Shown here piece after piece: positions 10,776 through 21,369 of a stretch of 64,000 nt of DNA. The translations under genes were made by a program, and so were the position numbers. The stretch lies in the IMG/VR virus record IMGVR_UViG_3300024999_000030, positions 186,001 to 250,000 of that record. One strand, 5' to 3'. The notes beneath the pieces are model-generated. The model ran no database searches, was not told where the DNA came from, and worked only from the letters and a program-made list of their open reading frames with translations. Numbering within the stretch: position 1 is the first letter of the stretch; each line of letters opens with the position of its first letter.

Positions 10776-11156
10776 ATGGCAAATTTAAGAAGGGTTACCG
10801 ATCAAAATCGTCAGGAACAAATTAAAGCCTTTGAGGCCTTTATTGATAATCCAACTTTGGAAAATCGGAAACACCTGGCGAAAGTGATGCTTTTTGATAG
10901 TGGGCGAGATGGCAAACGAGGCTTTTGTTCGCTTTCTCGGCGAGAAGATGAAGTCTATCCTATTGTTGAGGCTTGTGAGGGGTGCCCGTTTTTTACAAGT
11001 GGTCTCAAAAGTTATTGTCCAAGAACAGAATGGATAATGGAAGAGGACTTTCCTTCGTTAACCTTAAATCGTCGTGAAGAAATACAACAAGGCCAGGTTG
11101 CTGTTTTTATTCTGGCGTGTGTCCAGGCGATTGCTCACCTTAGGATTAAAGAGTAA
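10776..11156 (+). CDS. Four-Cys family paralogue 2
   Basis: AFIDNP...FCS...CEGCPF...YCPR...LACVQAIAHL. Confidence 0.8.
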   Translation: MANLRRVTDQNRQEQIKAFEAFIDNPTLENRKHLAKVMLFDSGRDGKRGFCSLSRREDEVYPIVEACEGCPFFTSGLKSYCPRTEWIMEEDFPSLTLNRREEIQQGQVAVFILACVQAIAHLRIKE

Positions 11157-11459
11157 ATGAAAGATATTTTGCAAAACTCTCTAAATGCTTTGCAAAATTT
11201 TATTGATAATCCTAATCCAGAAACCTTTAAACAGGTTTACGAATCTTTTGCAGTCTTTAGAGTATGTCCTCTTGCCACAAAATATGAAAATATAGATATG
11301 TATCATTGTGAAAATTGTCCATTTCCCCGTGTGTTTAATCGTACTCGACTATTACAATGCCTTAGACAATATGGATATAGCTTTGATTCATCGAAATATT
11401 TAGGCCAAATGCTTGTTGCTTGTATTGAAGCAAAGGTTCTTCTGGAGGGCAGTAAATGA
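11157..11459 (+). CDS. Four-Cys family paralogue 3
   Basis: NFIDNP...CPL...CENCPF...QCL...VACIEAKVLL. Confidence 0.8.
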   Translation: MKDILQNSLNALQNFIDNPNPETFKQVYESFAVFRVCPLATKYENIDMYHCENCPFPRVFNRTRLLQCLRQYGYSFDSSKYLGQMLVACIEAKVLLEGSK

Positions 11460-11809
11460 CGAGAATAGAAATACTTAAATCACAAATCAAAGCTCTTCAA
11501 TCTTTTATTAACAACCCAATTAAAAATAATTGGAATAATATTTCATTAGCTTTTACTCAGGGATCAGCAGGAGGTCAAAAATGTACTCTAGCTGGCCCCG
11601 ATAATTCATATGGAACATGTCGTTCGTGTGTTTGGGCTAAAATAGATTATACCTACCCACGAAGTAAACGGTTTCGTAAGTTGTTACTTGGACACACCAA
11701 TAGAGTAAAATACTGTGGACCAGCATATCCAGAGACCGAACAACTTCCTTCGGTTATCCTAGCCTGTATTGAATCTGTGGCTAAACTGGAGGTTCTTTTG
11801 GAGGAATAA
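11456..11809 (+). CDS. Four-Cys family paralogue 4
   Basis: SFINNP...KCTL...CRSCVW...YCGP...LACIESVAKL. Confidence 0.8.
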   Translation: MTRIEILKSQIKALQSFINNPIKNNWNNISLAFTQGSAGGQKCTLAGPDNSYGTCRSCVWAKIDYTYPRSKRFRKLLLGHTNRVKYCGPAYPETEQLPSVILACIESVAKLEVLLEE

Positions 11810-11810
11810 G

Positions 11811-12221
11811 ATGAAAAGAGAGAACATGGTAAGTGCCCACAATCTCAAACAACAGATTAGGGCGCTGGAAAACTTTATTTTTAATCCAATTAAATCCAAC
11901 TGGGCAGTTGTACATCGAGTTTTTTCTTATGATAACTATCAAGCCCATAAAAAATCCAACATAAAAGAAAACAGAAGTTGTTGTTCAGTTGCCTTTCTTT
12001 TATCCAGAAAAACCCTAACTCAAGATCAAGATGATAATTTCGCGTGCTCTACTTGTCCATTTTTCAAATTTCAAAATATTTGTTGCCCAAGAGCCGGCAT
12101 CAATGAAGACAGATGGCTAGAAGCAAAGACTTGGGAAGCCGTTCAAGAAAATCTACCACAAATTATTAAGAATTGTATTGAGTCTCTTGGGCTTATTAAA
12201 ACAGCCGAGGAGGGTCAATGA
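11811..12221 (+). CDS. Four-Cys family paralogue 5
   Basis: NFIFNP...SCC...CSTCPF...CCPR...KNCIESLGLI; GGAGG SD before 11811. Confidence 0.8.
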   Translation: MKRENMVSAHNLKQQIRALENFIFNPIKSNWAVVHRVFSYDNYQAHKKSNIKENRSCCSVAFLLSRKTLTQDQDDNFACSTCPFFKFQNICCPRAGINEDRWLEAKTWEAVQENLPQIIKNCIESLGLIKTAEEGQ

Positions 12222-12595
12222 GAAAAAGAATTCTTTTAGAGGAAGTGAATCATATTAATAAGGTCATTATTCTTTTAGAAAATTTTATTAATGATCCGAC
12301 AATACCTAAACTTCGGATGATTAGTGATAGTCTTAGAAACTATCCATATAGAGAAAATAAAATTTTTTCTTGTTTTATTAATGCCATCGTATTTACCGGA
12401 AATGAATATGAAAACAAAAGATGTAAACATTGCCCATGTAAGAGTGAACCGCTTATCAGTATGATAAACTGCTATGGTCAGCCTGGACTTTGTTTAGAGG
12501 ATCCAAGTGACGATATATTTTTTTGTAAAGACATTCCCGTTACCATTAAAGCCTTGTTGGAAATTATCGGACTATTAAAAACCAAACTCCCATAA
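12218..12595 (+). CDS. Four-Cys family paralogue 6
   Basis: NFINDP...SCF...CKHCPC...NCY...LLEIIGLL. Confidence 0.75.
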   Translation: MRKRILLEEVNHINKVIILLENFINDPTIPKLRMISDSLRNYPYRENKIFSCFINAIVFTGNEYENKRCKHCPCKSEPLISMINCYGQPGLCLEDPSDDIFFCKDIPVTIKALLEIIGLLKTKLP

Positions 12596-12596
12596 T

Positions 12597-12947
12597 ATGA
12601 AAGGAGAAGATATGTTTGAGTTAACTCAAGAATATATGGAACAGCTTGTAATTGACATGGAAACTTTCATATCTTCTCCTACAATAGCAAATTGGAAAAT
12701 CTTAACCTCCCGTATGAGGATAGCAAGTAAATGTCCATTCTCCATAGCAATAGATAATTGCTGTCCGCCTGGGTGGCCACGATCAGCCTGTAGAGCTTGT
12801 GGATTTGATGCACCATCTTCAATAGACCCATGGCTCGATGTTGAGACGGGCTGCAACTATCCGAGAGATGATAATTCTAAAGCTGAGGTTATACATTTAT
12901 TTATTCAGTTTATTGCTATGTATAAAATTTTAATTAAAGGAGATTAG
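12597..12947 (+). CDS. Four-Cys family paralogue 7
   Basis: TFISSP...KCPF...CRAC...GCN...FIQFIAMY. Confidence 0.7.
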   Translation: MKGEDMFELTQEYMEQLVIDMETFISSPTIANWKILTSRMRIASKCPFSIAIDNCCPPGWPRSACRACGFDAPSSIDPWLDVETGCNYPRDDNSKAEVIHLFIQFIAMYKILIKGD

Positions 12948-14019
12948 AAAATGAGTACGAAGAAAGTCAAACAAGAAATAGAAACTTTAATACGCCTTTC
13001 AAGTTTCGGGCCTCGACCGGATACTCCCGAGGGTGAAGCGTGGGGAAGGGGCGCTCGCTGGGGTTACGAACAGGCCATGAGCAGATCCACCGATAAAAAA
13101 GCAGCCGCTAAGGATGCAGCAAAAACCATTGCTTCGATGGCCGAAGCTAGTATCAAGCAACTCTTTATGTCTAATTTTATTAGACATAACAAACGGGTGG
13201 AACTTCTCAAAGAGCTTTCTGATGCCGTTGCTACTATCGAAGAGGGTCTTGAATATATCAGGGAGGAATAAATGAAGCGAGATTTCTACGCCGATCTTCA
13301 TGATGACATTATCGATGACGAATACGATAATTCTGAAAACATTTCTACATCTCAAGCTTCTCCCATTCGTCACCCTGAAGTAACGTCCAAATCGGGAACA
13401 AGATATATTTTTTTCCATAACCGCCGGCGCAAACATCATCTTCCGAGTTGGATGATAAAGCTTCAACATTTGGATTGGTGGGGCAAACACGACGGAGAAT
13501 ATTCTTTAGGGCGAATCCAACGAAGGCTTGATGCCCTGTTAATCTGCCCTCCTGTTAAAATTATGTCCCATTACCGTGTATTGGAAATTAATTATTTACA
13601 TGATAGGGGACTGTGGTTGGATTTTTCTAGCGCATATAGTTATGCGTTAGGAGTTTATCCCGACAACTGTTTGCATGATTCTTTTCGTTTTTCATCGTTG
13701 TTTTACTCAGGGCTTTGGGGGCCAGATCTTGAGAGTATAAGAAAAATTAAGTTAAAAGAGTTTCAAGACGCAGTTAAAGAGGCTCTTCCTGAATATGAAG
13801 AATTTTGGCCTAGCAAAATTGAAAGCTTGAAAAGAGCAATTACCTCTGCTCAAAAACAAACCGAAATTTTGCGAATTAAGAGAGAGAAGCGAATCGCCCA
13901 TCTCAAAGAGACCCATGGTAAAACTCCAAGATACTTAGATCATCAGCGCGTTCTATATGGAGTGGATGAGTTTGCTGATCCATATGAAGAAGATTCATCC
14001 AAAGAAGAAAGGGAGGAAC

Positions 14020-14508
14020 ATGATCGAGAGAATCGTGGTTTTCTCACGACGACAGATTGAAGAGCTTGCTTACAAGCCCTTACTTGAATTGGAAGAAGTG
14101 CGGGTGTCCACTGGACCATATGCCATTATCAGCATTACCGGTTCAGATGATGACCTTGCTCAGCTACCCCTTAATGCGGACTTCGTTCTTCGCTTAACCT
14201 TCGATGATATTCTTGAAAATATGAACGGTAAAGAAATTGATATCATTGGTGGTGGAACACTTAAACTTAAATTCATTACGCGAGACGACGCTCTTTCGAT
14301 TACTCATTTTTTTGAAGAAATAAAAGATAAGGTTTCTTTACTCGTTGTTCATTGTGGGGCTGGTATTTCCAGAAGCGCAGGCGTCGCTATTGCCATTGCC
14401 GAACAAGTAGATATTTCAATGATGGGTCATCTTATTTCTCAACATGAGTTTTTTAATCGCGATGTCTATGCGTTAATCAAACAAACTTTCAACTCCCATA
14501 AGGAGTAA
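14020..14508 (+). CDS. Protein tyrosine/dual-specificity phosphatase-like protein
   Basis: HCGAGISRSA = HCxxGxxR P-loop; GGAGG SD before ATG 14020. Confidence 0.85.
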   Translation: MIERIVVFSRRQIEELAYKPLLELEEVRVSTGPYAIISITGSDDDLAQLPLNADFVLRLTFDDILENMNGKEIDIIGGGTLKLKFITRDDALSITHFFEEIKDKVSLLVVHCGAGISRSAGVAIAIAEQVDISMMGHLISQHEFFNRDVYALIKQTFNSHKE

Positions 14509-16993
14509 CGATGATTAATGTAATTATAACAATCGTGTTGGTATTGGTAATATTGGCCATTTGTGTTGGGTTCTATTATTTCGGGCGGTTCGAGGGTAAG
14601 ACTCTAGCTGAAATGGATTCCCTTAATAAGGCCCGAGAAGAAAATCTCAAAGCCATGAAGTCCTATCAAGACGCCCATAAATTTTATGAAGACACTACAA
14701 TCATGATTGAAAATTGGCGTAGAGAACTGAAGATTAGATGTGAAGACAATCTCAAGGCTGTTAAGCGAATTTCTAGTTTAAGTGAGACTAGATTAGATTA
14801 GATAACTTTGTAAATATAATGACATGAATAAAAAATGCAACGAATGTAAAGAAGAAAATAGTATTTTTAAAATATCCCTCGCATGTATAAAGTACCGTAA
14901 AAATGGATTAGGTAAACGCGGACACTGTTCTTTTTGTGAACATCTAAAGCGGTATCATAGCAAGAGAGACAAGGGAGAAAGAAATGAAAAAGAAACCGTT
15001 TCAATATCATGCCTCAATGGAAATGATGGGCGACGACACTTGCATGCGCACCACTAATATTGAGATGCGTATGAATCAAGATAAAAAGCGTGGTAGTAAT
15101 TCTAAAAAGAAAACCCAAACCAAGAAGCAAAATCCCAAGAGGAGTCGCTGATGCCTAAGAACGGACAAGGTACCCGAGTATTTTTATCATTTCGTAAATC
15201 TCCTCTCGGTATTATCGAAAGGGAAGAAGATAAGGATTTGAATCGCATGGATGTTTTTAATCCCGCTGCGTCAAAGAAACCAGAGACCGGTAAAGTGGTT
15301 CGTCTTAGTCGTGTGCAAGCAAGCATTCTTCGTAACCTTCATCGTATGAAAAATGGTATTTAAAAAGATATGTCATACGAAGGCTATGATCAATATCTGT
15401 GTGGGAATGGTCATTATTGGATACAAGATTGTAACAACGATAATGAAGAGTGTCCGGTATGTAAAGGAAAGTTTGTGTGGAGGAACGGTGTAAATGAAAC
15501 TAATTTTGACGGATGGGGTTATATCGACATGGAAAAGTTTCTTGTCACCCCAGCTGTTAATGTTACTTGTCCTACTTGTCACCATGAAAGCGAAAACACT
15601 CCTCCCATTTATCGCGTTCCTACTCAAGATGAAGCTAATGATGCTAAGACTTGTAGGGATGAAAACGGTAATATTATTTCTTGCAGTGAGGAGTTAAAAA
15701 GATTGGAGGCAGAAAATGATCAAGTACACTGATTCAAATGGTGAAACTTATGCTGTAGTCACCAATAGCAGAAAATTTGCCATTGCCCGCCTGAATGATG
15801 ACGGTAGTATTAAATATTTTTGTGCGGGTATGGATACTTTTCCAGACGGTGCAAGAATGTTTAAGCGAGGTGCGTTCTTTGTTAATTACTATCCATCACT
15901 TGACTTAGCTCAAAATGAACTGCAAACATATGTTGACTCTGAACAAGTGAAAGAGTGGGAAGTGGTTTCCGAACCGGAGATTAAAAATGATTAAAGTGGT
16001 TAAGACTTTCGGAGAGGTCCCAGTGGGATGGTGGGTTGAAAGTAACGATGGTCAAGTTAAACAGGCTGATGATTTTATGATCAGTCCCTACGGTTGGCCA
16101 TCGTCGCTTCCTGTAAAACATGGCATCTGTTCTAATGTTTCAGATGAACTCAAATATCTTATCAGAAAGGATGGAGCGTGATATGGAAAAAGTCGCGGAA
16201 GTTCTACAGTCTATTGCGGCACAGCTTGGAACAACGGTTGAAAATCTTTGGCCCTATATTGTAAGGCAACAGATCATTGAAGGCTGGAGTGGTATTATTA
16301 CTATTTCCATTCTTTATCTAATTTTCTTGGTTGTTTTCTTAGCGATCAGGAAAAAGGATGGAGGGGTTTGTGGAAATAATCCAAACGCATATGGGGTAGT
16401 AAAAATTGTCCTTGGTATTTTAACTGCAATTTTAACTCTCACTACTCTCTGTTGTATTCATGTTTTAATTTCTAAAATTATCAATCCAGAGTACGGAGCG
16501 TTAAAAGATTTAATGAACATGGTACACGGATATCGTTAAGGGTAAATACATGGAAACTAAACCCTTAACTCTCAGCAAAGGCTTTGCTAAAGTAAGTAAG
16601 GTCATTACGGTTGGAACGACTGGAAGAATTTTTCTAGTCAAAATGAACGAGCCATTGGGAGAAGCTAATTATGTGCTTATCCTTAACAAGTCTCGTGACC
16701 GTGAGGCTGTAAAAGATAAGATGCAAGCGGCTAGAAAAGCAAAAGGAATTGCCTGTAATAGAGGGATGAATAATCAAACTCGTAAGTCTTGGTGGGCTTG
16801 TTGGGGTTTTCCGAATAGGGAAAAAGCAAGTAAGGCTCTTCTTTTTGCTCAGAAGAATTTGTTTAAAGCTTCTGCTAAAGTTGGTAATGCTACTGTTTCC
16901 CTATTTGATGAAGTTCATCAGGACAGGGCGAAAAATTTCTTTATTGCTCATGCCAAATACCAGAAAAACTTTTCTGATAATTTGGATTAAACA

Positions 16994-17536
16994 ATGAAAA
17001 AGAAAATTTCAGAAATCAAAAATCAAATTACCAAAACTATGGGTAATATTATTAAAATAAATGGCAAGTGTCCCAACAGAGAATTATCGCGCCCAGATAC
17101 AATTGAAGAAATGGTATTTGAATTTCCACTCCTCGACGATATGGATGCTATGATTCCTAGTTCAGCCGTTCAAAATATTAAAACAATGATCACTAATTTA
17201 GATAAAGCCCAAGCCACTATAGAAATTAATAAAATTAAATTATCGGCTATGCAGGAAGTAATTAAAAATTTACCCAAAGATAATGAAATTTATTTCGATA
17301 CGGATTGGAATGATGATAACGATATTCAGCGTTGGGATTTTAATATTTCTACTTCTCATATGGAAACAGACGAAGAGTATTTAAAAAGATTAAAAGAACA
17401 TGAAGAGATGTTAAAGGATAGGGCAGCTAAAGCAGCTTTAAAAGCTAAGAGATTGGACACCGTCAGAGGACTTAAGGCTCGGGTTAAAGAAATGGAAGCT
17501 GTTATGGTGCAACACGGTTTGAATGTACCAGAATAA
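16994..17536 (+). CDS. Hypothetical coiled-coil protein, tandem paralogue A
   Basis: Shares N-terminal (I...G K.P.R.LS) and C-terminal patterns with 17548..18120. Confidence 0.55.
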   Translation: MKKKISEIKNQITKTMGNIIKINGKCPNRELSRPDTIEEMVFEFPLLDDMDAMIPSSAVQNIKTMITNLDKAQATIEINKIKLSAMQEVIKNLPKDNEIYFDTDWNDDNDIQRWDFNISTSHMETDEEYLKRLKEHEEMLKDRAAKAALKAKRLDTVRGLKARVKEMEAVMVQHGLNVPE

Positions 17537-17547
17537 AAGGTGAAAGA

Positions 17548-18120
17548 ATGAAGAAAATTAAACTCGATAAACAAATCATTGAAATTAAAGAGGCCGAAAA
17601 TAAAATTTTAGAACTTGGGGGTAAAGTTCCTAAGCGTGGCCTTTCTAAATGGAAAAAATTAGATCAATTTAAAATCAAATGTCCCTGCTTTAACGATGGT
17701 GTTACAGGGGTTACTGAGGTCATAAAAGATTTAAAGGATCTTGTTAATTCCATAGACGAAAGTATGTCTTCTATGGAAATAGCTAAGCTTAAAGCCAACG
17801 CTCTAATGGAGACGATAAAAAGTGCCGATGAAGATTCCAGGGTTTCTGTTAAAGTTTTCTGGGACGACGATAGTGATATCAATGGTTCTAGTAATCTCCA
17901 ATGGGATGAATTTCAAATTGAAATTGCTGAACCCAAAACCAATAAAGAATATTTAGAAGCTTTAAATAAATCAATACAAACCCGTACTGAGGCCATGGAA
18001 AAACAACTTAAGAAGAAAAAGAAAAAAGAAACTCTTTCTGATGTTAAAGCTAAACTTAAAATGGCTGAGGATTTTATTAAAGCCAACGGACTTAAGTTAT
18101 CACAAGATAGGAATAATTAA
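17548..18120 (+). CDS. Hypothetical coiled-coil protein, tandem paralogue B
   Basis: Similar to 16994..17536 (WDDDSD/WNDDND; EYLxxL; VKAxxKxxE). Confidence 0.55.
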   Translation: MKKIKLDKQIIEIKEAENKILELGGKVPKRGLSKWKKLDQFKIKCPCFNDGVTGVTEVIKDLKDLVNSIDESMSSMEIAKLKANALMETIKSADEDSRVSVKVFWDDDSDINGSSNLQWDEFQIEIAEPKTNKEYLEALNKSIQTRTEAMEKQLKKKKKKETLSDVKAKLKMAEDFIKANGLKLSQDRNN

Positions 18121-18546
18121 TTGCTGGGAAACTTTTTTGCTTTACTAATTCTCGGCCACATGGTAGGTGATTATTTACTACAAAACAAGTGGATGGCAAT
18201 GAATAAATCAGCCAGCCATTTTAAATGTGCGGTACATTGCCTACTGTATACCTTAGCGGTGGTTTGTTTTACATGGCCAGAAATTCATGGTTTATTATGG
18301 ACCTCTATTGTATTTGTTTCTCATTACCCAATTGATAGGTGGGGCCTTGCGGACAAATGGTTGGGAATGATAAATAGCCGTAGTCTAAAAGACTTCATTG
18401 TGTTTGGTAAGTATGATATTCCGATGGAATACGACTATGAAAATTATCACGCTCTTCGTGCTGGATTTACATCTATAGTGTATGTGGCCACCGACAACAC
18501 GATGCACATTGGTTTAATGGTTCTTGGCTGGTACTTAGTGAAGTAG
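18121..18546 (+). CDS. DUF3307-family membrane protein
   Basis: GHxxGDYLLQ...HCLLY...SHYxID...DNxxH His/Asp pattern in hydrophobic helices. Confidence 0.75.
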   Translation: MLGNFFALLILGHMVGDYLLQNKWMAMNKSASHFKCAVHCLLYTLAVVCFTWPEIHGLLWTSIVFVSHYPIDRWGLADKWLGMINSRSLKDFIVFGKYDIPMEYDYENYHALRAGFTSIVYVATDNTMHIGLMVLGWYLVK

Positions 18547-18730
18547 GAGCTGAAATGAAATTTAATAAAGGACACATCTTAGAGGCTGGAGATAGACTCC
18601 ATACGATGATTATTTTATCGGAGGAGTTGCTTAGAAATCATCCAGCACTTAAAAAAGCCAAATTAAACAAACGCTTTAAGAAAGTGATTAAAAAACTTAA
18701 TAACATGTATCAAAAAGTTTGGCAATTAAA

Positions 18731-19303
18731 ATGAAATCTCAGTCACTGAAACATAAATTCACTTACGAATGGATAGCGATATTTGGTTATGTTCCAGTTA
18801 AAAAAGACTTTGTCGCATACAATAGAAATGGTATAATTTTTCAAGGTCGTGTAATTTCTCCTCGCCCCACTTATTATGGAAACATTACCGTTGACCCTGG
18901 CGTTGGTTTAACTGAGCCCTTTCACATAGTCGGCGCGGCTGAGGTAATCTCAATTTTAACTTCAGATGGTAAGCGCTTTGCAAACGAAGAAAATAAATCT
19001 TCAGAAGGAATTTTTCCTGCTGGCTGGCAAATTCCTGTTGGTTGGCGAATTATGGGACCTAAGAAACAAGGAGGAGAAACGATGTGGTCTGATTATCCGA
19101 ATTTTAACCAAAACGGTGTTGACACAAGCGTGAATGATTTTTGGATTATTTTTTGTCCCGTCTGTAACAATGTAACTCTCGCCAAAGACGAGGCGGCGGT
19201 GAAGACCAAAGCAGAAGAGCTTACTGAGAAAAGCGGAAACCCTCATGTAATTTTTCACTCGAAGGGAGTTTGTACTCCAACCCGTAATGTGGTTTGGAGC
19301 TAA
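18731..19303 (+). CDS. Protein with shared C-terminal module (internal start at 19082)
   Basis: FWIIFCPVCNNVTL...CTPTRNVVWS nearly matches the end of 5687..7366. Confidence 0.7.
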   Translation: MKSQSLKHKFTYEWIAIFGYVPVKKDFVAYNRNGIIFQGRVISPRPTYYGNITVDPGVGLTEPFHIVGAAEVISILTSDGKRFANEENKSSEGIFPAGWQIPVGWRIMGPKKQGGETMWSDYPNFNQNGVDTSVNDFWIIFCPVCNNVTLAKDEAAVKTKAEELTEKSGNPHVIFHSKGVCTPTRNVVWS

Positions 19304-19310
19304 TATTATC

Positions 19311-19980
19311 TAGGGCCTCTTTCTGAATTGTAGGCTGAATTGACGAAAGCAGTGTGGACGAGATCAAACGGCTTAAATGAGCGTTTAGTCGCACTGAAAG
19401 GTTAAGGATGCCGAAGCCCTATTACATGGCGTGTCGGAAGAGGTGTCCCAGAAAGAAGGTGACTGTGTTTTATTGTCGCAGCCCTTGACTAATGTTTATA
19501 ATACAAAGTAATTGTATAAAAGAATATAATGAACGAGTAACCTGGGACGTAGGCTCATCCCCTCCTCAGGGCGTGTTAAATTTTTAAAACTGTTGCCTGA
19601 GACATCTTAACTAATGTTGGGTGTTGTAGAAGGGCGATAGTTAATTCTTGGATTAGAAATCATGCGGCCCCCTTATGATGAATTGAAACGTTTAATACCG
19701 CGCCAATCCCATAAGATGTGGTTCGAAAAACAACGCTGCAGCGTTGTAGTGACTCTAATCTAGAAAGGAGAATAACATTGGCCGCTTATATAAACATAAT
19801 GGTCAGATGTAGAAGCTCGGATTAAATAATCCCCATAACTAAAAAATGGAGTCGAGTGCCCGGGAAGTTGAACTGATATCCTTACAGGCTTTTAAAAATT
19901 AAGTCCACTATCCTGTGTTTAAAAATAAACCCAGGATCTGATGGTCAGATGTAAGATGTTATCAGTTTGCCCCGGGGCAA
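19311..19980 (+). ncRNA. Large structured non-coding region A
   Basis: No + strand ORF over 60 aa. Many stems by eye: TAGGGC/GCCCTA, CCTCTTTCTG/CAGAAAGAAGG, CTCAGG/CCTGAG, AACTGATA/TATCAGTT, CTTACA/TGTAAG, palindrome 19731..19746. Confidence 0.55.
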
Positions 19981-20035
19981 GGTTAATGCAGCCGGATGAT
20001 AATCCGCCAGTCCCAAGCCTGGAAATGCAGAGGGG
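19981..20035 (+). ncRNA. Twister ribozyme (P1-type order, weak or absent P1)
   Basis: U-AA, P2 UGC/GCA, A-GC, P3 CGGAU/AUCCG, P4 CCAG/CUGG, L4 UCCCAAGC, GA-GGG for T2 pseudoknot. Matches remembered twister consensus; predicted cut U19984/A19985. Confidence 0.85.
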
Positions 20036-20048
20036 AATAGGAAATGTT

Positions 20049-20360
20049 ATGAAAAAATATTCTATGCAAAATTTTAATGATGCTCTTGATAATTTAATTA
20101 ATAACCCGAGTAAAAAAACTTTCATTGCTTTTTTAAGAATTGCTGGTGAGGCTCCGGGAGATTGTCCACTATGTAGGTACTTAAGTAATGTCCGTAGACT
20201 AGATATACCTTGTTCATTTAAAGATTTGGATTGTCCTATGGGATTAAATTCAAATACCCATGAATTTGTATGTGCGCCATCATCTATAAATCTCATTCCT
20301 TTATCTAGAGTAGTAACCAAAGCAATCGAACTTAAAGCGTTCTTAGAAACAATAAAATAA
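20049..20360 (+). CDS. Four-Cys family paralogue 8
   Basis: NLINNP...DCPLC...CSF..DCP...VCAP...KAIELKAFL; the 5' extension in the ORF track overlaps the ribozyme. Confidence 0.75.
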   Translation: MKKYSMQNFNDALDNLINNPSKKTFIAFLRIAGEAPGDCPLCRYLSNVRRLDIPCSFKDLDCPMGLNSNTHEFVCAPSSINLIPLSRVVTKAIELKAFLETIK

Positions 20361-20363
20361 ATT

Positions 20364-20962
20364 ATGAAGACCACGCTTAATAATTCGAAAGAAAAACATA
20401 AGTGTGGGATGGAGTCAAACGAGCAAGTTAAGTGCTGTCCTGGATTTCACCGAGCAGGAAAATTTAACCCTAGTCGTTTGGCAAAAGAGATTAGCCGCTC
20501 AGCTAATGTAACGTTTAAACCCTTCCTTGGATGTCTAAATAGCCCAAGCGGGTTGGCTGAGGACTGGGCAATCTAAAGTTTCGGGCCGAGAAGGTGCCGG
20601 AATAAATATTTAAGACCACGAGCCGTGCTGGAATCATGAAAGTGATTTGAATCGTGGTATGAAGTTAGACGAGTATGGGCACGTTTATTGGGTAATCAAT
20701 ATCCTCGGCCCATACCCTCCTAAAAAGAGGACTGACTCGGGAGAGCCGAAGTACCAAAGTGCGTCTAGCGAAAGAACAGTCTCTTTGCGTTTTTCACATC
20801 CCCTGCCAGGATGTCTTTTACAGTCCTGTGCGAGCTATTGTGAAGAGGGAAGCACTGTTCCGAGTCTCGGGCCTGGATAGCTGCGGGACAAATATGGGGG
20901 AGCCAGTATCACACAATTAAACTGAAGAATAAGTTACGTTTAATTGTGACTACTGGTCCCCC
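20364..20962 (+). ncRNA. Large structured non-coding region B
   Basis: Nested GACTCG/CGAGTC, GAACAGT/ACTGTTC, TTCACA/TGTGAA; CTCAGC/GCTGAG; long terminal hairpin 20896..20962. The two ORFs here look non-protein-like. Confidence 0.5.
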
Positions 20963-20985
20963 TTTACTTTTTAAATGGAGGAAGT

Positions 20986-21369
20986 ATGCCGAAACTAATT
21001 TTAGTAAGGGGTTTACCTGGCAGTGGAAAATCTACCATTGCAATTCAAAATTACCCTCAGTTTGCACATTGGGAATCGGATATGTTCTTCATTAAAAAGA
21101 ATGGAGAATATATTTTCGACACTCGTTTAATCCATGTGGCTCATAAATGGTGTTTACATAAAGTTGAGACCGATCTTAAGAGTGGTAAAAATGTAATAGT
21201 AAGTAATACATTTATTGCTCGTTCAGATATAAAACCATATATAGAACTTGCTAATAAATTAAACATAGAAATTGAAGTAATTACTGCAAGAGGTGAGTAC
21301 GGAAGTATCCACGGTGTTTCAGAAGATATTATAACAAAAATGAAAATTAGATGGCAGGAGTACCCATGA
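20986..21369 (+). CDS. P-loop kinase (T4 Pnk kinase-like / AAA_33)
   Basis: LILVRGLPGSGKST Walker A; VIVSNTF; HGV near C-terminus. Confidence 0.85.
   Translation: MPKLILVRGLPGSGKSTIAIQNYPQFAHWESDMFFIKKNGEYIFDTRLIHVAHKWCLHKVETDLKSGKNVIVSNTFIARSDIKPYIELANKLNIEIEVITARGEYGSIHGVSEDIITKMKIRWQEYP

Noticed and set aside
19941-20048. N-terminal extension of ORF 19941..20360
   Set aside because: It overlaps the twister ribozyme; family homology starts after ATG 20049.
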